Shown in pieces: positions 38,148-52,465 of a DNA stretch of 64,000 nucleotides (position 1 is its first letter; every line of letters begins with the position of its first letter). The position numbers were made by a program, and so were the translations under genes. Source of the stretch: Trichoplax adhaerens (taxonomy: Eukaryota > Animalia > Placozoa); the NCBI RefSeq assembly GCF_000150275.1, contig NW_002060953.1, forward strand, positions 1,461,693-1,525,692, in the 5' to 3' direction. The notes under the pieces were generated by a model. That model was not told the DNA's origin, ran no database searches, and saw nothing but the letters and a program-made list of their open reading frames with translations.

Positions 38148-38744
38148 ATGGCCAATGTAACAACCGCAAATCGGAAGCCTCTTATGGATAAAACAGGACA
38201 AGCTCCTGCTCCAAGTAAAGATTATCATCAGTTATTGGTCACACATGAAGAAATTATCTGGCGATGGTGGAAAATTTCTATGCGAAATAATGCCATTGTT
38301 TTTCCAGGGGAAACTAAGATTCCATCGGAAGATTTCGATTACGATGATCGATTGCAGACTGAAATTTTGCGTATTTTTGGTAAGGAAACATTGGAAGAAG
38401 TAAGACGATTATCCATGTGTAAAGGCGATTGCTTAGCTAGTCTACCACTTACAGTATTGATGCAAATTATTGCTAGCTTGCCGCTGGAAGATATACTGAT
38501 GTTATCCCAAGTCAATCATTACTTACGATATGTTACTTCGCTGGACTCGCTGTGGAAGGAAGTCTACATTAATTTATGTGGTGCACCAAATGAAGAAATA
38601 CGCTCCTATGCTAATGAAAATGGCTGGAAGAAGACCCTATTTACAGATAAATTGAAATTAAGAGTTCAATTAGCACGAAGGAGGAAAGACATGGAATCAC
38701 CCAAAGCGAATACGTTCATAACGTCTTCTGATTATATAAAGTAG
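38148..38744 (+). CDS. FBXO36: F-box only protein 36 (intronless)
   Basis: GQAPAPSKDYHQLLVT..IWRWWKISMR, F-box LASLPLTVLMQIIASLPLEDIL and GWKKTLFTDKLKLRVQLARRR match the FBXO36 pattern as I recall it. The first ATG is 38148; the ORF track starts at a TTG. Confidence 0.88.
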   Translation: MANVTTANRKPLMDKTGQAPAPSKDYHQLLVTHEEIIWRWWKISMRNNAIVFPGETKIPSEDFDYDDRLQTEILRIFGKETLEEVRRLSMCKGDCLASLPLTVLMQIIASLPLEDILMLSQVNHYLRYVTSLDSLWKEVYINLCGAPNEEIRSYANENGWKKTLFTDKLKLRVQLARRRKDMESPKANTFITSSDYIK

Positions 38745-40615
38745 TAAACTGTCAAACAACGTCATTAGCACGATTAGATACGATACCACCAGTGCGAATG
38801 CAATTTAATCCTTGTACTTAAAGTATCTTACAGCGATAGCTTGAATTGTGAGTATGACATAATTCAATAACTAAAACATCAAAAATAATCAGATACTCCG
38901 TTATCGCTAATTTACTTTGCCAAAAAATTATGAAAGTCAAACCGAAAAAAATTTGAACTGCCAATTTGTTAATGCTTAACGCCAACGATAGTCAGTAAAT
39001 TGGTACCATTACTATATGACTAGTAGTTAAAGGAATTGTACTTAATTTACATTCTTGTAGATATTGACTAATATATTCTGCGGCTAAAGCAACTGTTAAC
39101 CTGTTAGCGGATAGCTTAGATCATTATTTCTGTATCGCACTGTTCATAATACTTTATATCTTCATAACTATATTTAAGCATTGTAGTTAATTATTTTTAA
39201 TTGAAAATGAAGACCAAATAACAAATATTATTCTTAAATGATATGAATATACAATTAATTCACGATGCATAATTTTATAATGATTTCGAATGCCTATTTA
39301 TTACAGTGGATATTTTAACCTATAAAATTTTCATTTGTTGCGTATTAAATATGATGGAATAAACGTTCAGCTTTATAATGCATTGGTGTAGTAATTCCCT
39401 TCCATCTTTTGGTTTACCAAACTTGAACTGTACGCTACGATATACGCTTAAGACTTCTAAACGGTACTGAAATTTACGAACTCAGTATAGAGCTCGCTTT
39501 TTTAGGCAAGCCCGGTTTCTAGATACCTTACCCGACAGTTAGATTTCTAAACGTCAATGGGATTACCATTAATTTATTGGCTAAATCTTTGCATTAGGTC
39601 ATTATAGTCATTATATAGCTTCTCACTAAATGTACCACGAATGATAGATTGGAAGTAAAATTTACGTCCATATGGTCCTATATGGATAATTCACCATGTT
39701 TAAATGCAGTATTGTATAGCTTTTACTGTCCTCTTAAGATTTTTACTATAACAAGTGTTTTAAAATAAAGTAGCGTCTCAAATTTATCCTATTAATATAC
39801 AGTAGAGTAGTATCATCAATCTAATAATAATATTGGTCTTCACTCATTGCAGTATTATGCTGTTGTAGCTATACCGTACTTAAGCATTGAGTACAAGAAT
39901 TTGTCTCTTCATCATTTTCATTTATTACTAATTATATTTATTATATATTAGAGCCTCTAAATGAAAGACAAATCCAGTGTTGTCAACAAGATTATGATGT
40001 ACATATTCTATTATTCGGTGAATGGTAAAATTTGTAAGATGATTAAATCTTGTAATTTACTATTGCTTTTTAATATAGTAATAATTAACTCATGTTAATT
40101 ATCTTGCAATATGATCTACACGAGACACATACATCATAATATGAACAATCTAGGCCTTTTAATCCGTAATAACGTATTATATTGTTGGAATAAAATGCCT
40201 TCAAAATATTAAAGAACCAATATTTCTTGTGAAATTGAAATATATAACACATAGTCCGGTTTATCCAACAACACTAAGAAGTATCATCCTTTAGTCATCT
40301 ATCCACAATATATATACACGTACATTACACCAAGATACATTCAACTTCAAATTTTCTTTGTAAAGTCTGACTATGTTTCGTCTTAAAGTAATTTTGGGAT
40401 TTGATATTTTGCGAAGTAACTTTACAAAAGTGCTTCATCAATTTTATTCACAGTCAAAATCAAGGTAATAAATTATTCGAGCATTGAAGCTATTTATTTA
40501 TGATTTAAATCCGGTAAAGTTGAGACACTAGTAAACCTTTATTCACAATTTAAATGAGAAATTCTAGTAAAGTTTTTATATCTAATTGTGGTAATGAAGA
40601 TATTAAAATTATTCT

Positions 40616-40837
40616 TTAATGTTTGTTTTTACAGGTTCTGTTAACATGGCAACTATTTTCATATTTCAAGTTGGCCTTAAAACATTTGCAGTGTTTACCT
40701 GTGCAAGATGTAAAGCAACAGCAATGGCGAAATCCTTGTTTACTTACAAGTGGTTGTAATCTAGCAGCCTTTCGAAGACTGATTGTAACATTATCGTAAA
40801 CTTCAAATAAATTAAACCAGTGGAAACTTCTTTTCAT
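40616..40837 (-). mobile_element. Remnant of the Cys-rich C-terminus of a Ginger2/KRBA2/SCAND3-type integrase transposase
   Basis: ISLRKAARLQ..QGFRHCCC..SCTGKHCKCFKANLKYENSCHVNRTCKNK resembles the (S)LRxAA..QG(F)xxCxC..CxxxRCxC....CNSxCH...CxNK tail of these transposases. No integrase core is visible upstream. Confidence 0.65.
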
Positions 40838-41561
40838 CTTTAAGGTATTATCTAAGTATTTAGATGAATAAATATAAGCTACTATGGCACTGTACGAGGG
40901 TTCTTAAAAATTCTTTAAATTTTTAACCACATCTAATTTATTAGTTGCATTAAATTTTTTCTTGAATTTTTTAGTCTAAATGGTTTTGGTTGAAAATTTT
41001 AATAAAGAGGAACACACTATTTTAAAATTTTATTTAGTAGCAAGTTACGTTATGATTATTCATTTCTTTAATTCCTTAACTGAATCAAGCTTTACTTGAA
41101 TGAAAGTAAAATAGCTAATTGCTATTTAGATCTATGTCAAGTATAATTTACAAGAGAACAAAGGTAACAGATTGCTTTTTATAAATAGTAACCTAAATTG
41201 AGCGCTCTAAAAACGTAGAGAATTTTTATAAATGATGCCAATATTTCATTTCGTATATCCAATTGAATGGGAAGTTCCGAATTTTGTATCAGTACTAGTT
41301 TAATAGAGCTTACCAACACCCTCAGAAATCAATCCCACCTAGTGCTAGTATTAAGGTGATAATTATATCGATATACGAGAAAGCAAACTGGGCAGTCCAT
41401 TGATGTTTTGATCAAGTTTTAATCATTTACTTGTGATAATTTTATCCCGATATGTAACATTTGAATATGTTCTAATATTATATTTTATATGCACGAAATA
41501 TAGAAATCGCCGTAAGCTAATTGATAAAATTCGCTTTGTAACATCTTTGCATCAATATAGA

Positions 41562-43750
41562 TCATACTGTAGTTAAAGCCATTGCAGGTTCTTTATTTGG
41601 AGGATAAGATTGTAATGGCGATAAAAGTGGATATAGTCTATCTTCTAAACCAGCCTTTGGAGTCAATTTATTATCTTGATTTTTAGCAACTAATTGCTGG
41701 CCATTACCATTGCTACTAGTACGCGGACCACCGTTGCTACGTTTTGAATATCTAGATGCCCTCGATGTCTTAGTATAAGTTGCTTGCAAACTTAAACGCA
41801 ACGATGCACGACGCCGTCTCCTACTAATTCCTAGTAAATTCCATAAACCTCGCCTCATTTCGGAGTTCATAAAATTATAAGCGATCGGATTAATAGCGCA
41901 ATGAGTGAAACTAATTAGAATAGCTATGGAACTAAAAAATCTGAAACCTTCCCTACTAGGATGGTAGGGATCGTCATCAAAATAGTTTATAATGAGGACA
42001 ACGAAAAATGGAGTCCAAGTAAGATAAAATGTACCAATAATGAATACGAAAATAAGAAGTAATTTAAAATCTTTTGATGTAATCGGTCTTTTAATATCAG
42101 CAGCTCGACTTAATTGACGGTGAAGGCTATTTTGTTGTTTAATTTTTTGTATATGGCCACAAGCCGTTTTAAATACTATAGAATAAAGAACTGATAGCAG
42201 CAATGCTGGTAGAAAGATATTGGCAATAACTAAGATCAGAAAATAGATTTTCTCTCGTGTATGGGTAATAACATGACCGCACACATTGATATCCACTTGA
42301 GTATAATCATGCCATATTACCATAGGTAATAGTGATAGGATAATCGGTTGCATCCAGATATAAGCACTGGCAAGTATAAATAATAAAGTAAAGTTAAGCC
42401 TGTGCTGAAGAAATGGATAACAAATTGCAATATAGCGATCAATACTAATTGCACAGAAGTTTAAAATGGAAACCATGACTAAACCAATACCACATGCATT
42501 ATAAATGGCGCACCAAAATGGCGCAAATGGCCAATAGCCAAGCAATGCTTGTATCACCATGCCTAAAATCACTATTAAGGCAAACAAAAGATCGGCAATA
42601 CTTTGACTGATCATGAAATAATTGGTTGTTGTGCGTAAAAAACGGTTACATAATATAGTAGCAATCACTATTACATTGCAAACCACGCTGATAATTACTA
42701 CAGCTAAGCTGAATCCAATAACTATCCATTCACTTGGATTTAAAGGTAGAGCTTCATCAGTGTCGTTAGGCTTGGCTGTATAACCATCATGTCCCGATGA
42801 TGTTACATTTTTTATTTGATAAGTCAAATTCCATAAGCTAAATGAAATAGATTAGAAAAAGAATCTGTTAGTTTTCCCTTATTAATACGAATTAGTCAAT
42901 GAAATTTTCTTTTATTTTTGATGTGATTTGCATATTTTTTAACGATCTTAACTAAGCAACAATTTATGTAAAAGTATAATGATACTAAAGTTATTACACG
43001 AGTAAATTACGATCTATTAATTTAGATATCTTTTAATCAAAATTTATTAGGGGAAGGATAGAGCCTACACTTTAATGGCGATATGCATTTTAGTAAAGTA
43101 ATTACCCTCTATGAGACATTACATTAAAGTTAAGATTTCTAGAAATAAGTATTTGACGTTGAAAGACATCAAATTCTATTAGTTTAATATTATCAAATTT
43201 AAACAAAATTTTTAAAGAAATTTTGGTAATAATTGCCATAGCAGTTACATATGAAACTTAAAGCCTGATAAATTAAAATTTAATTCCTTCTGTCTACTTT
43301 TAGCAATATTCTGTATAATTAAGCACATCTACACTACATAGCTTGAGCAAACATAAACATACGTTAATCGATATTTTGGTAATAAAATCAACTAGCTTAA
43401 TTTTGAGTTAGAATTGTTGATTTAGGTCGATTACATCGCTACAGTTACCGATATTTTTAAATTGGTACCTTTGTTTGCGATTTCAGTGAATAGGAAAACC
43501 TTATACCTACTATTAACTTTAGATTTTATAAATCAAATTACTAGTTTTGATGAAAAACAGAAACAATTGTAGTCATAAGGTTTCTGTGTCAGGTTAAATG
43601 GATTAGTTTGGTGCTTCATAAGGGTGTACTGTAACGTTTGGGATAGTAAACACTAGTTAAGCATCATTAAAGATTTGAATAAAGTCTTGGAACAAAAGCT
43701 ATATAATAGATAGTGCAGTAAATATATTACCTCAGAACATTCAAATGCAT
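41562..43750 (-). CDS. Class A (rhodopsin-like) GPCR, amine-receptor-like orphan, 2 coding exons
   Basis: The main exon 41562-42837 has 7 TM segments with CN(1.50), AD(2.50), DRY, TWTP and NPIAY. It has no early ATG, but a phase-2 upstream exon ATGCATTTGAATGTTCTGAG/gtaata (43750-43731) joins in frame (MHLNVLS-LWNLTYQ). Confidence 0.88.
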
Positions 43751-43913
43751 ATTTCTTTTCTAAAATGCTAACTAAAACAACTTATAGCAGATATATACAA
43801 GGTATAAATATAGAAAAAAACTATAACGTTCAAAATGTAATAATTTTAAGATAAATCAAACTTTTTCGAACTATCAATATAAAATATTTAGATTAGACTA
43901 AAAAAAGAGGCAA

Positions 43914-44086
43914 TTTTAATTTTAAAAGTGATCATATTTACGTCTAATCATAAGTATATGATAAGACTTCAACTTGTAAGCAACATAAAATTACAGCTGA
44001 TTTTAATTTTGTAAGTGATCATATTTATATCTAAATATAAGTAGATGATGGGAGTTCAACTTATAAGCAACATAAAAAAATAGCTA
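43914..44086. repeat. Diverged tandem duplication (~87 bp x2)
   Basis: ttttaatttt..aagtgatcatattta..tctaa..ataagta.atgat..ga.ttcaactt.taagcaacataaaa occurs twice consecutively. Confidence 0.85.
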
Positions 44087-45879
44087 CCCTGATGATAATG
44101 AATTATTGGGATTTTTCTACTCGTAGCAACCGATACTAACAATAAAAACGTTGATATTAGTGGAATCTAAACTTACTGTCTATTTTCAATCTATGGTTAA
44201 TCTAATGTAATTGATACTAATAAAATGGAATGAAGCATAATATTTTTCCTAAAGCTGTCATCGGATTTCCTATACGTAATTTCAAGCTATCGAAGTATCT
44301 CCCTGTAATTGATAATTTTAAAACTACTATTTATCGGCAGAATTACACATAACACATATATGAATATGTAATAATCAACTAGAATAATAGCAATGAAACT
44401 AACTGGCATTCGATTGGTTTACTTTTCTGATATCATATTTATTATAGATGCATTACTGTAATATCTTTAGCTAATTACGGTAGTTTTACTTTTCAAACGT
44501 ATATTAGGTATGTAAAGTAGTTCATTATGCAAATAAGAACAGTCGGCCAGCTGTATTTCGTGCCAATTTTAATGCTTAAATGATCTTCAGTAAATTTTTC
44601 ATTTTCATGTTACTATTCAGTGGTATATCGATGAAATATAATGATCGTTAGATTGAAAGTCATATTATACAACTAATTTTAGTGGCAATGTTTAGGAATA
44701 ATTCAAATGCAAATTATCAAGATGACGATTGCCCTATACATTCAACAATGATGTAAAGAAAGAAACCGTCATTAAAGTAGACTATTTAAGTTTATCTCTA
44801 TGAATAAACTAGGTAAGATCTAAATAGAATGAGTAGGATTAAGTTAATTTTATACCATTTCGTGATATGAAAGCATCATATAAAGCTATCAAAATCTCTT
44901 TGGTTATAGTAAATTTTATCCATACTATATACAGGTTCGACCGAATGATACCAAATAAATCACAATTCAAATATCTTGAGGCTGCCCATTAACTAAAACA
45001 TTGTCATTTAATAAATACTTGAGAAAATACATTGTTGTTTTCTATGATAATTAAAAGCAAGTCATATCATTTATGGAAGTATATTATCAAATTGTTCATC
45101 ACTTTTCAAAGTAATGTTTCATTTTTCATGACATTATCGTTGTATGAAATTTAGACAATTAAATACTGCAGATACACTTCAAAGTACCTCTAAAGTCATG
45201 AGTTATCAAACAGAAAATAGCTAATTTAAAGTTATTAACCGGACAGATTCGTTTTAAAATAATATTGTAATGGTGGTTTAATTCCTTTAAAAAGCAATAA
45301 GATTGACGAAAGTAAGGTGAAAGTAAGATCCCTTCAATCATAACGATGCTAACACTTATAGAGATAGATCTTATTTTAAATTGTAAATGCAATTTGCCTG
45401 TTTTCATTTTAAATGGAAATCGACAGAAATAACAAATTTAGCAATATTTATCTAAAATTTCAGATCCAAGAAGCAGTTGAAGCTGAACATAACGAAATTA
45501 AATCTTGCCAATAACAATTGTCCAACAAAAGGCTCAAAAATATTAAAAATTAGCAATTCTGATAGCAATACGAGTATAACCAAGAACAGCCATCACTACT
45601 TTAACATTTTATATGTACTTCGGTCGAATTATATGATATTCCAGAATAGTAACGCCGTAAACTTATCTGACTATAGCGAGTCAGTATTAAATTTGGTAGT
45701 GCGGTTACCTTATGGAAGAATAAAATAATGTAAGTGCTTTAATAGAACCTGTGAGAAATGCGATAAACTCTTTGGTTAAATTTAAAGACTTTATATTGAA
45801 TGAAGTTGTGAACACGCTAATACTTTACTTTTCTTTTATCAAAATTGACAGACTAAAAATTAGTAAATTTGAGTTAGAA

Positions 45880-46800
45880 ATGGCTATGAATATATCATAT
45901 TTTAGTAGCTGCAAGGGGCAGCGGTAGTACTACGAAAAGTTATCTTGTTCTTGAATGACTAGACCAAATGCACAACCATGCAGATTTAACGTGCTATGTG
46001 TTTTGATTTCAACTATTTTATAAGATATACTTTAATAGCTCATAAATCTAGTCCTTTTATAGCTAATGTTGTCAAAAGATGAAATAGCAATGGTATACCC
46101 AAATATCAAGCAAATCTACCATTTTGATTAATAAAGTTGAATACATAGATATATGCCTTGTAAGTCTTCAGATTATTATTAAAATAAAAACAAATATTTG
46201 AGATGCAACTTACTCCATCTTAAGCATTGGAATACCACTAGGGTGGATTAGGATTTTGTTGAAGCTGAAGATCAGCTAAATTATGGCGTTATAGAAGAAT
46301 TGCAATGGAATAGAATATAAAGTACAATCCAGTCAATACTATTCTTGCAATTGGTTCAGCTCTTCTGTAGCCGTTACCAGAAATGGATTTATTTTTCAAG
46401 TTTCAATGTGTATTCTACTATTTGAATGTCAGCAACATTTAGTAATATCGAAACAATTAGCCCTCGTATATAATTAAGAATTTACAAATATGGTTAGTAT
46501 TTATTTTTCGTGTCACTTTTAGCGTCTAATAAGCTGGGAAAATAGAAGATAATAGCCTATTTAATATGGTTGCAGACTGAGTATACAAATAATATATTCA
46601 GTTCTTTCATATTCTCTACGTTGACCCAAGTTTAGATTCGGCCCAATTAGCAAGGGGGAATTTCTTATTGTTATTACTATCAAGCAATTTTGAACTTTAT
46701 ATCAATCTTGTTATTATTCGTTGCCTAGAGGAATAAGAAGATCTCTCTTGAAGCCATGGAGAGTTCGATTTATGGTTCTAACAATAGCTAGAGACAATAA
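45880..46800 (+). pseudogene. Possible highly decayed WD40-repeat (TBL1-like) pseudogene
   Basis: Fragments in different frames: LVAARGSGSTT, YTLIAHKSSPF..VVKR*NSNG, NI*DATYSILSIGIPLGWIRI, VIEELQWN and NIKYNPVNTILAIGS. Many stops. Confidence 0.4.
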
Positions 46801-48729
46801 CTTAGCTATGCAATTTATTATTTCCTAAGGAAATTCCGTGCGTGATCAGTTTTATCATGTTTACAACGGAAAGAATGAACGATTGGACAAGTAAACTCAG
46901 AGTTAATAATAATTATAATACATTTTTTAAATGATAGTATCATTTAGAAAACAGTCTTAATTGATGAACCTTAACCATAGTTAATAGTCAATTTATTAAA
47001 TGGAATAGGCAATTAAAATTATATACAAAATTACGTTAAAAAGTAAAATATTCGTTCTATTTGATATCTTTTTATTTACTTACTACACGAATTAAAACCG
47101 ATATTTAGCATCGAAACAAATTCTGAATCAATTTATCTGTCGAATCAAGTGCTAATTTTTGGCATGTATCGACTTTTGATGCATTTTATCGCCATATTAC
47201 CTATCGAACCAATCTGATAGAGTTCTTTTCAAGTAAAATCGGATCAATCATAACCTTAATGAATAGAAAATAATTAACGAAGTCGTCATAACTCAAGTAA
47301 GGAATTTTAAATAATCACTTTTCTTTGAATCGAAAACTTGAATTAGGTACACCTGTCGTCTAAACAATAATCTTTTATTGTCTCAGTACAATGAAGGAAT
47401 AGGTGTGAGCAAATAAATATTCATTTTCATTCAGTTATTGAGAAAATTTGACAAAAATCATTGCAAGTAAATTACGAATTATGAGAATTAATTACGTGAT
47501 CTACCATTTCGGTACCTATATTTCAAACTTTCTAAGTATGCAATTTTTAGAATGTCAAAGATGACATTTATGCTGAGGTCGATTACCTCTAGCCATAGTT
47601 ACTAAAATTAAGTTTATATAAAAATCAAAATTAATGATCAACTCATATATCACTTTCATATATTTTCATATTCCAAAATTTGAATGATTTTTCCTCGCAT
47701 GTGGTTTACAGATTCACAATGCAATAACTTCATATCTTGCAAAATGGATATTAGGTAGAGAAATTCATTATTTTAAGTCTTCCTTTTCTTTTCTATTACA
47801 AGAGATTAGCAATAGTGTAATAACCAACGTAAAACAAGAGTAAATAAATTTATTGTCTTTTCTAAAGATAGCATAAAAGTATTCAGTATTGTGACTATAT
47901 TGTATTTAAATAAAAAATGAGAATGATCTACTATAAATCTCGAGGAAATTAATTATTCTGATTATTCCTTGAATAAAATGATGTCGTTATTTGGACGAAG
48001 AATCTGAGAATTATATCGGTCCTTTCCAAATTGGAATTATTTCTGACTAATGAGAAGAATCTTAATTATACAGACTTCAAAAAATTTGAACATATTGACG
48101 TAACTTAGACCGGAAATTGGCAAACGACTAACACTTACATAAATTGAAGTTGAATTTATATTTGACCAGTGTTACAAGGGTATGACTTATTAATTCTCGT
48201 GCAGTACAGGTTTCGACATAGCAAGCGGACGTCATTAAGAAAAAATAATTAATAATCATATTTTTTATATGCTAGATACCAAATCTAAGACTAATGAATT
48301 TTACTAAGGTAATAAAATTTTCATAACTTGCTTTGTTTACCATTGCTTCTAGTACAATGTTTTCAAATTATGTTTTGTCCTATACCTACCTTAAAAACTT
48401 TTTAATTAGTGTAATAAGTTAAAAATCGATTGGATATGTAGCAAAATTACGCCATCCATATTTACAGTATCGTAAAATCAACAATCATTCAATTTCCAAT
48501 TCGCACTATTGATAAAACGTACCCCGACAGATTCTATGAATACGAATGTCTATATATGTTTCTTATCGAATTTATTTTGCTGCAAGAAAAAGCAAGCAAA
48601 CTTACGGGTAATAGATTATGCATTGTACAAGCTTCATTTTAATAGCATTTATAATTATGACTTGCACATGCTAGTGATTAAAGAGATATTACTACTTCTT
48701 GGAACAGATACATTTGTGGGTAACTTCTA

Positions 48730-49030
48730 ACTGCCAATTGGAATCAACTTTATCTACGAATATTGAAAGATATTGCTGTTGAGATCGAAGTAACTAGTAA
48801 TGCATTACTTTAAAAAATAGAACAAGTGAAACATGAACCTTTATATTCTATCATATTATTAAACAAGCTGCCACATTTGCCGAAAAAGAAATTCTATTTG
48901 AATGAAATTGTCGCAAGCCGATGCTATAAATGAAGTGGCTGATGAATTATAATAACGAAATACTGTATCGTTAGCATATACCAAATCCTCCAATTTTTTT
49001 ACAGTATTGGAATCAAACATCGATTCTCCA
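48730..49030 (+). mobile_element. Possible decayed CR1/L2-like LINE reverse-transcriptase fragment
   Basis: NQLYLRILKDIAVEI resembles the DGIHPRVLKELAxEI motif, and later TVSLA..TVLESNI resembles RPVSLTS..KVLESII. Frames are broken. Confidence 0.3.
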
Positions 49031-52000
49031 AATTAATTGAAAAATTCTCTTTACATTAAACTAATGCATATGAAATAGCCTTATTGCTTATGTTTTTTTT
49101 AATTTTGGTTCGCAATACTGTTTGAGCCAAGCAGTAAATCTTGTTTAGTGAGTAAATACTGAAATTTTTAGAAAGCTGTAGCGTAACTAAGCTAAGGTAG
49201 ATTTGGTAGTTATTATAAATGTGTAAGCATAAATCAGTATAAGTTATCGCATTTGTAGTAATGATAAATTAAGTCACACCTAAATACAGAATGGACATCG
49301 ATGTAAAAGTAGGATTAGCATAAAATTAACCATTATCAAAATAACTACTAAAAAAAATAATTCACAAAACAAAGAAATCCTTTGAAATAGTTACTCAGCA
49401 TGCTTGTCCATGAATTACGAGCTTGATAGTCTATTTTAATTATATTTAATAGATAATCTGAAGGTTATACTGAGAGACTCTGAAGAATGACAATGATTTG
49501 AGATCCTGATGAGTCAGGTAAACATTCCCAGTCTAGATATGGTTGCTAATTAGTATAGCAAGATAAGTGTTCTCAAATTCTGGTCGTACTGCAATAATGC
49601 AGCTCAAATTGCTTATTTAGATTGCACGGCACAAATAGACTAGTTCTAACTTATTTACATACTCGTGTTAGCTAGGAAACAACTGCGTTCGAATAAAATT
49701 TTTATCAAAATTTATGAAGACTTCGTAATTCTTTTCTAATAAGCGATCGATTTTTATGCTTAATAAGGTGAACAGCGTACTGTGTATACTTATATCTAGA
49801 TAATGCACAATATTAAATTGTGCATTATTTCTGTTATACAGTTTGCTCTTCGAAAACCCCCGAAGAAGCAAACAGATTTTAAGTGTTAAAATGTTTAAAA
49901 CTGCCGTTTAATTCGTCATTGCATGCTATTGTTCAATCAAGCTGTAAATTCTTTACTGCTCTATAAGTAATGATAATAATTTCGAGATGATAAGCATATT
50001 AGAATAAATTACTGTATAGTTAACAGTCGATTCATAAGTTTCAAGTTATAACTTTCGACTTGTTTCATTCTTACTTTCGTTAACCTAAGATCTATTATAT
50101 AATTTTGTTTTTATGGGGGTTCAATAGCCTCACGATTTTGATTGAATCCTGTAAGTATGAGTCACAGTGTTAATCTCATAAGATTACTTAGACTCATTTG
50201 ATGCATTTCTAACTCGCTATGAATGTTATTCGTAGATTTACCATGGGTTTTGCACTTCAATGTCACAAACGTAGTTATCATACAACTACGAAACAGCTAA
50301 AAAATTGTTTTCGATACTGATGTATTTGATTGAATTTTCGTAATGGTAGGCACATAGTCGATCATATTAAAATGATATCAGAATACAGTAAAAGCCTTAT
50401 TTATGGGTTTACCATCTATCTTTTTGTGACGGAGCTCGCTCCGAAATGAATAATATTTTGATCTAATATGTGTCATAATGTTATTATGGAGGTTGCCGAT
50501 CTCGACAACAACCTAGTTATAAATTGAGTTTTGTTATTAATTATCGTAGTAATATACAGCATGGATATGGTGTTAGCAATTAAAATGTCAATCTGTGAAG
50601 ATTATTATGTTAGTTAATAAGGTGCTAATTAATAATATTAATTTATGGCAAGTAATAAGAACACTCGATCTAGTCGAATCTATAGTAAGCCTGTATTGCA
50701 CATTCTATAGTTTAATGTGAAAGATTAGCACCGATATTATTTGTGTGACATATGAAACTGTATATAAGCTTGATTATTACTTTTTAATCTCAGTTCCACT
50801 GAGGCTAACGTAGGGTACACTGGTACAAACGTAAGCAAGCTAGTAATAAAGATATTGATTAACCTAAACCTATCGTTTTGACTTGATTACTATAGTATAG
50901 GAATAAGTTAGTTTTCTCTTACTGAGGATCTCCGGAGTTAGTCGGAGAACCATAAGAGTAGATAGACTAGTTTAGGTACGTTCACAGAAGCTGTTTTGTG
51001 ACACCTTTTGGCTTTTGAAAGATTTACACTAGCCACCAGATACCTCATAACAAGGATGAAATTACATTGTCGACCATTGTTATGATGGGAAAAATCGCTT
51101 AAAATTTAAGAGCTTTTTGAATTCGCCTAAGGCCTTTTCCTTAAGAATGTTTCACCTCATTAACCAAAGATATTGCATGTTTAAATAATATTGTAAATAT
51201 TTTATAGGAAAATGATTTTTTATTGTCCTGCAGTAGTCTGTCTCTTGGCTTTAATATTTTTAACGTATTATGAAACGATTTCTGATTGGGCTAGTCGTAT
51301 CGAAATCTTTTACGAGCTATATTTGCAGAAATTAAAAAGTTAAAATGCATTTTTGATGAATTACGAAATATTCATAAAAATATAAGTACAATAGATAAAA
51401 TTCTGTTGATTGAGTTAATAGCTTCTTTAAAATTTCTGCTATTTATTCATATTGCTTAATCCTTAATAGCAATGATAGTTTCAAACAATTAAAGGATGAT
51501 TTGAAAGTAAACGTAAATATTTTGACTGTTTTTAAAGCCGACATGCGTGCCTGCGGTTGCCAACAAATATTCTAGTTATCTAAACAGTTAAATCCGTTAT
51601 GTCCGACAGTAATCGTTGCAGTAAAGGAGCAAAGGAGAAAATCACTATTCTTTTTATCATGAATAAAGTTAGTTGCAATTCTAACTTTCGCCTGCAAGCT
51701 ATTTATTAAACTTGCAAGTTAATGTATTACAAGTCAGGGTACGAGTTTTACGACGGATTCGCGGTAAAATTATCCTTAACTAATGTGCCTGATCCTAAAT
51801 CAAATTCTGATAAAATAATTGTCTTAGTCAAGACACAATTAGGATAAAGGGCTTTTATTACAGGCAATAAGAATAGTAGAGTAAAATTAGTTATAAACCA
51901 AAATCTAATCTAAAGTATCTTGAGCTCATAAAAGTGAAGCAAATTCAGGCTCCTATCTGCAGTTCTTAAATACTTTTAGTATAATTTATTTAGGGCAAAA

Positions 52001-52377
52001 AATTTGCCCGCAGTCTGAATTTCATTTTTTAAGGGGACAACTTTTTCTAAAATTTAGCAATATATTCTTGCCGTATGAAGCATGCAGCTTACAATATTCT
52101 TTCATATTTATTACTGTTTAACATTGTAAGATGTCAAACATTTTGCACAATTGCATTACCTCAAGTCATAAATCTTCTACTATGCTTTCCTACTTGACTA
52201 ATATTAGTAGTTAACAGCGTCTAATACTGTAATTAGCAATCATCTTATATTAGCATAGCAATAAAATCTATTATTAGAAACTTAATGATTTCAAATATAG
52301 CTATCAATGTAATCAAATATCTGATACATCTATACAGCAGTCTTTACTATATTACATACTAATTTATTGATACTTCT

Positions 52378-52465
52378 TAGGCACCTAGCTATTTAAAATA
52401 TCAGAAAAGTAAAGTAAATAATAGGCACCTAGTTATTTAAAATATCAGAAAAGTAAAGTAAATAA
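52378..52465. repeat. Near-perfect 44-bp tandem duplication
   Basis: taggcacctag(c/t)tatttaaaatatcagaaaagtaaagtaaataa x2, with one mismatch. Confidence 0.95.

Noticed and set aside
40892-40915. TACGAGGG mariner-like terminal inverted repeat start
   Set aside because: I found no matching partner repeat or mariner transposase.
48938-48975. Hammerhead-like CTGATGA...CGAAA..TC
   Set aside because: Stems II and III would need 1-nt loops, and no stem I pairing exists.
49505-49530. CTGATGAGTC hammerhead-like core
   Set aside because: No downstream stem II-GAAA; it only forms a small cctga/tcagg hairpin.
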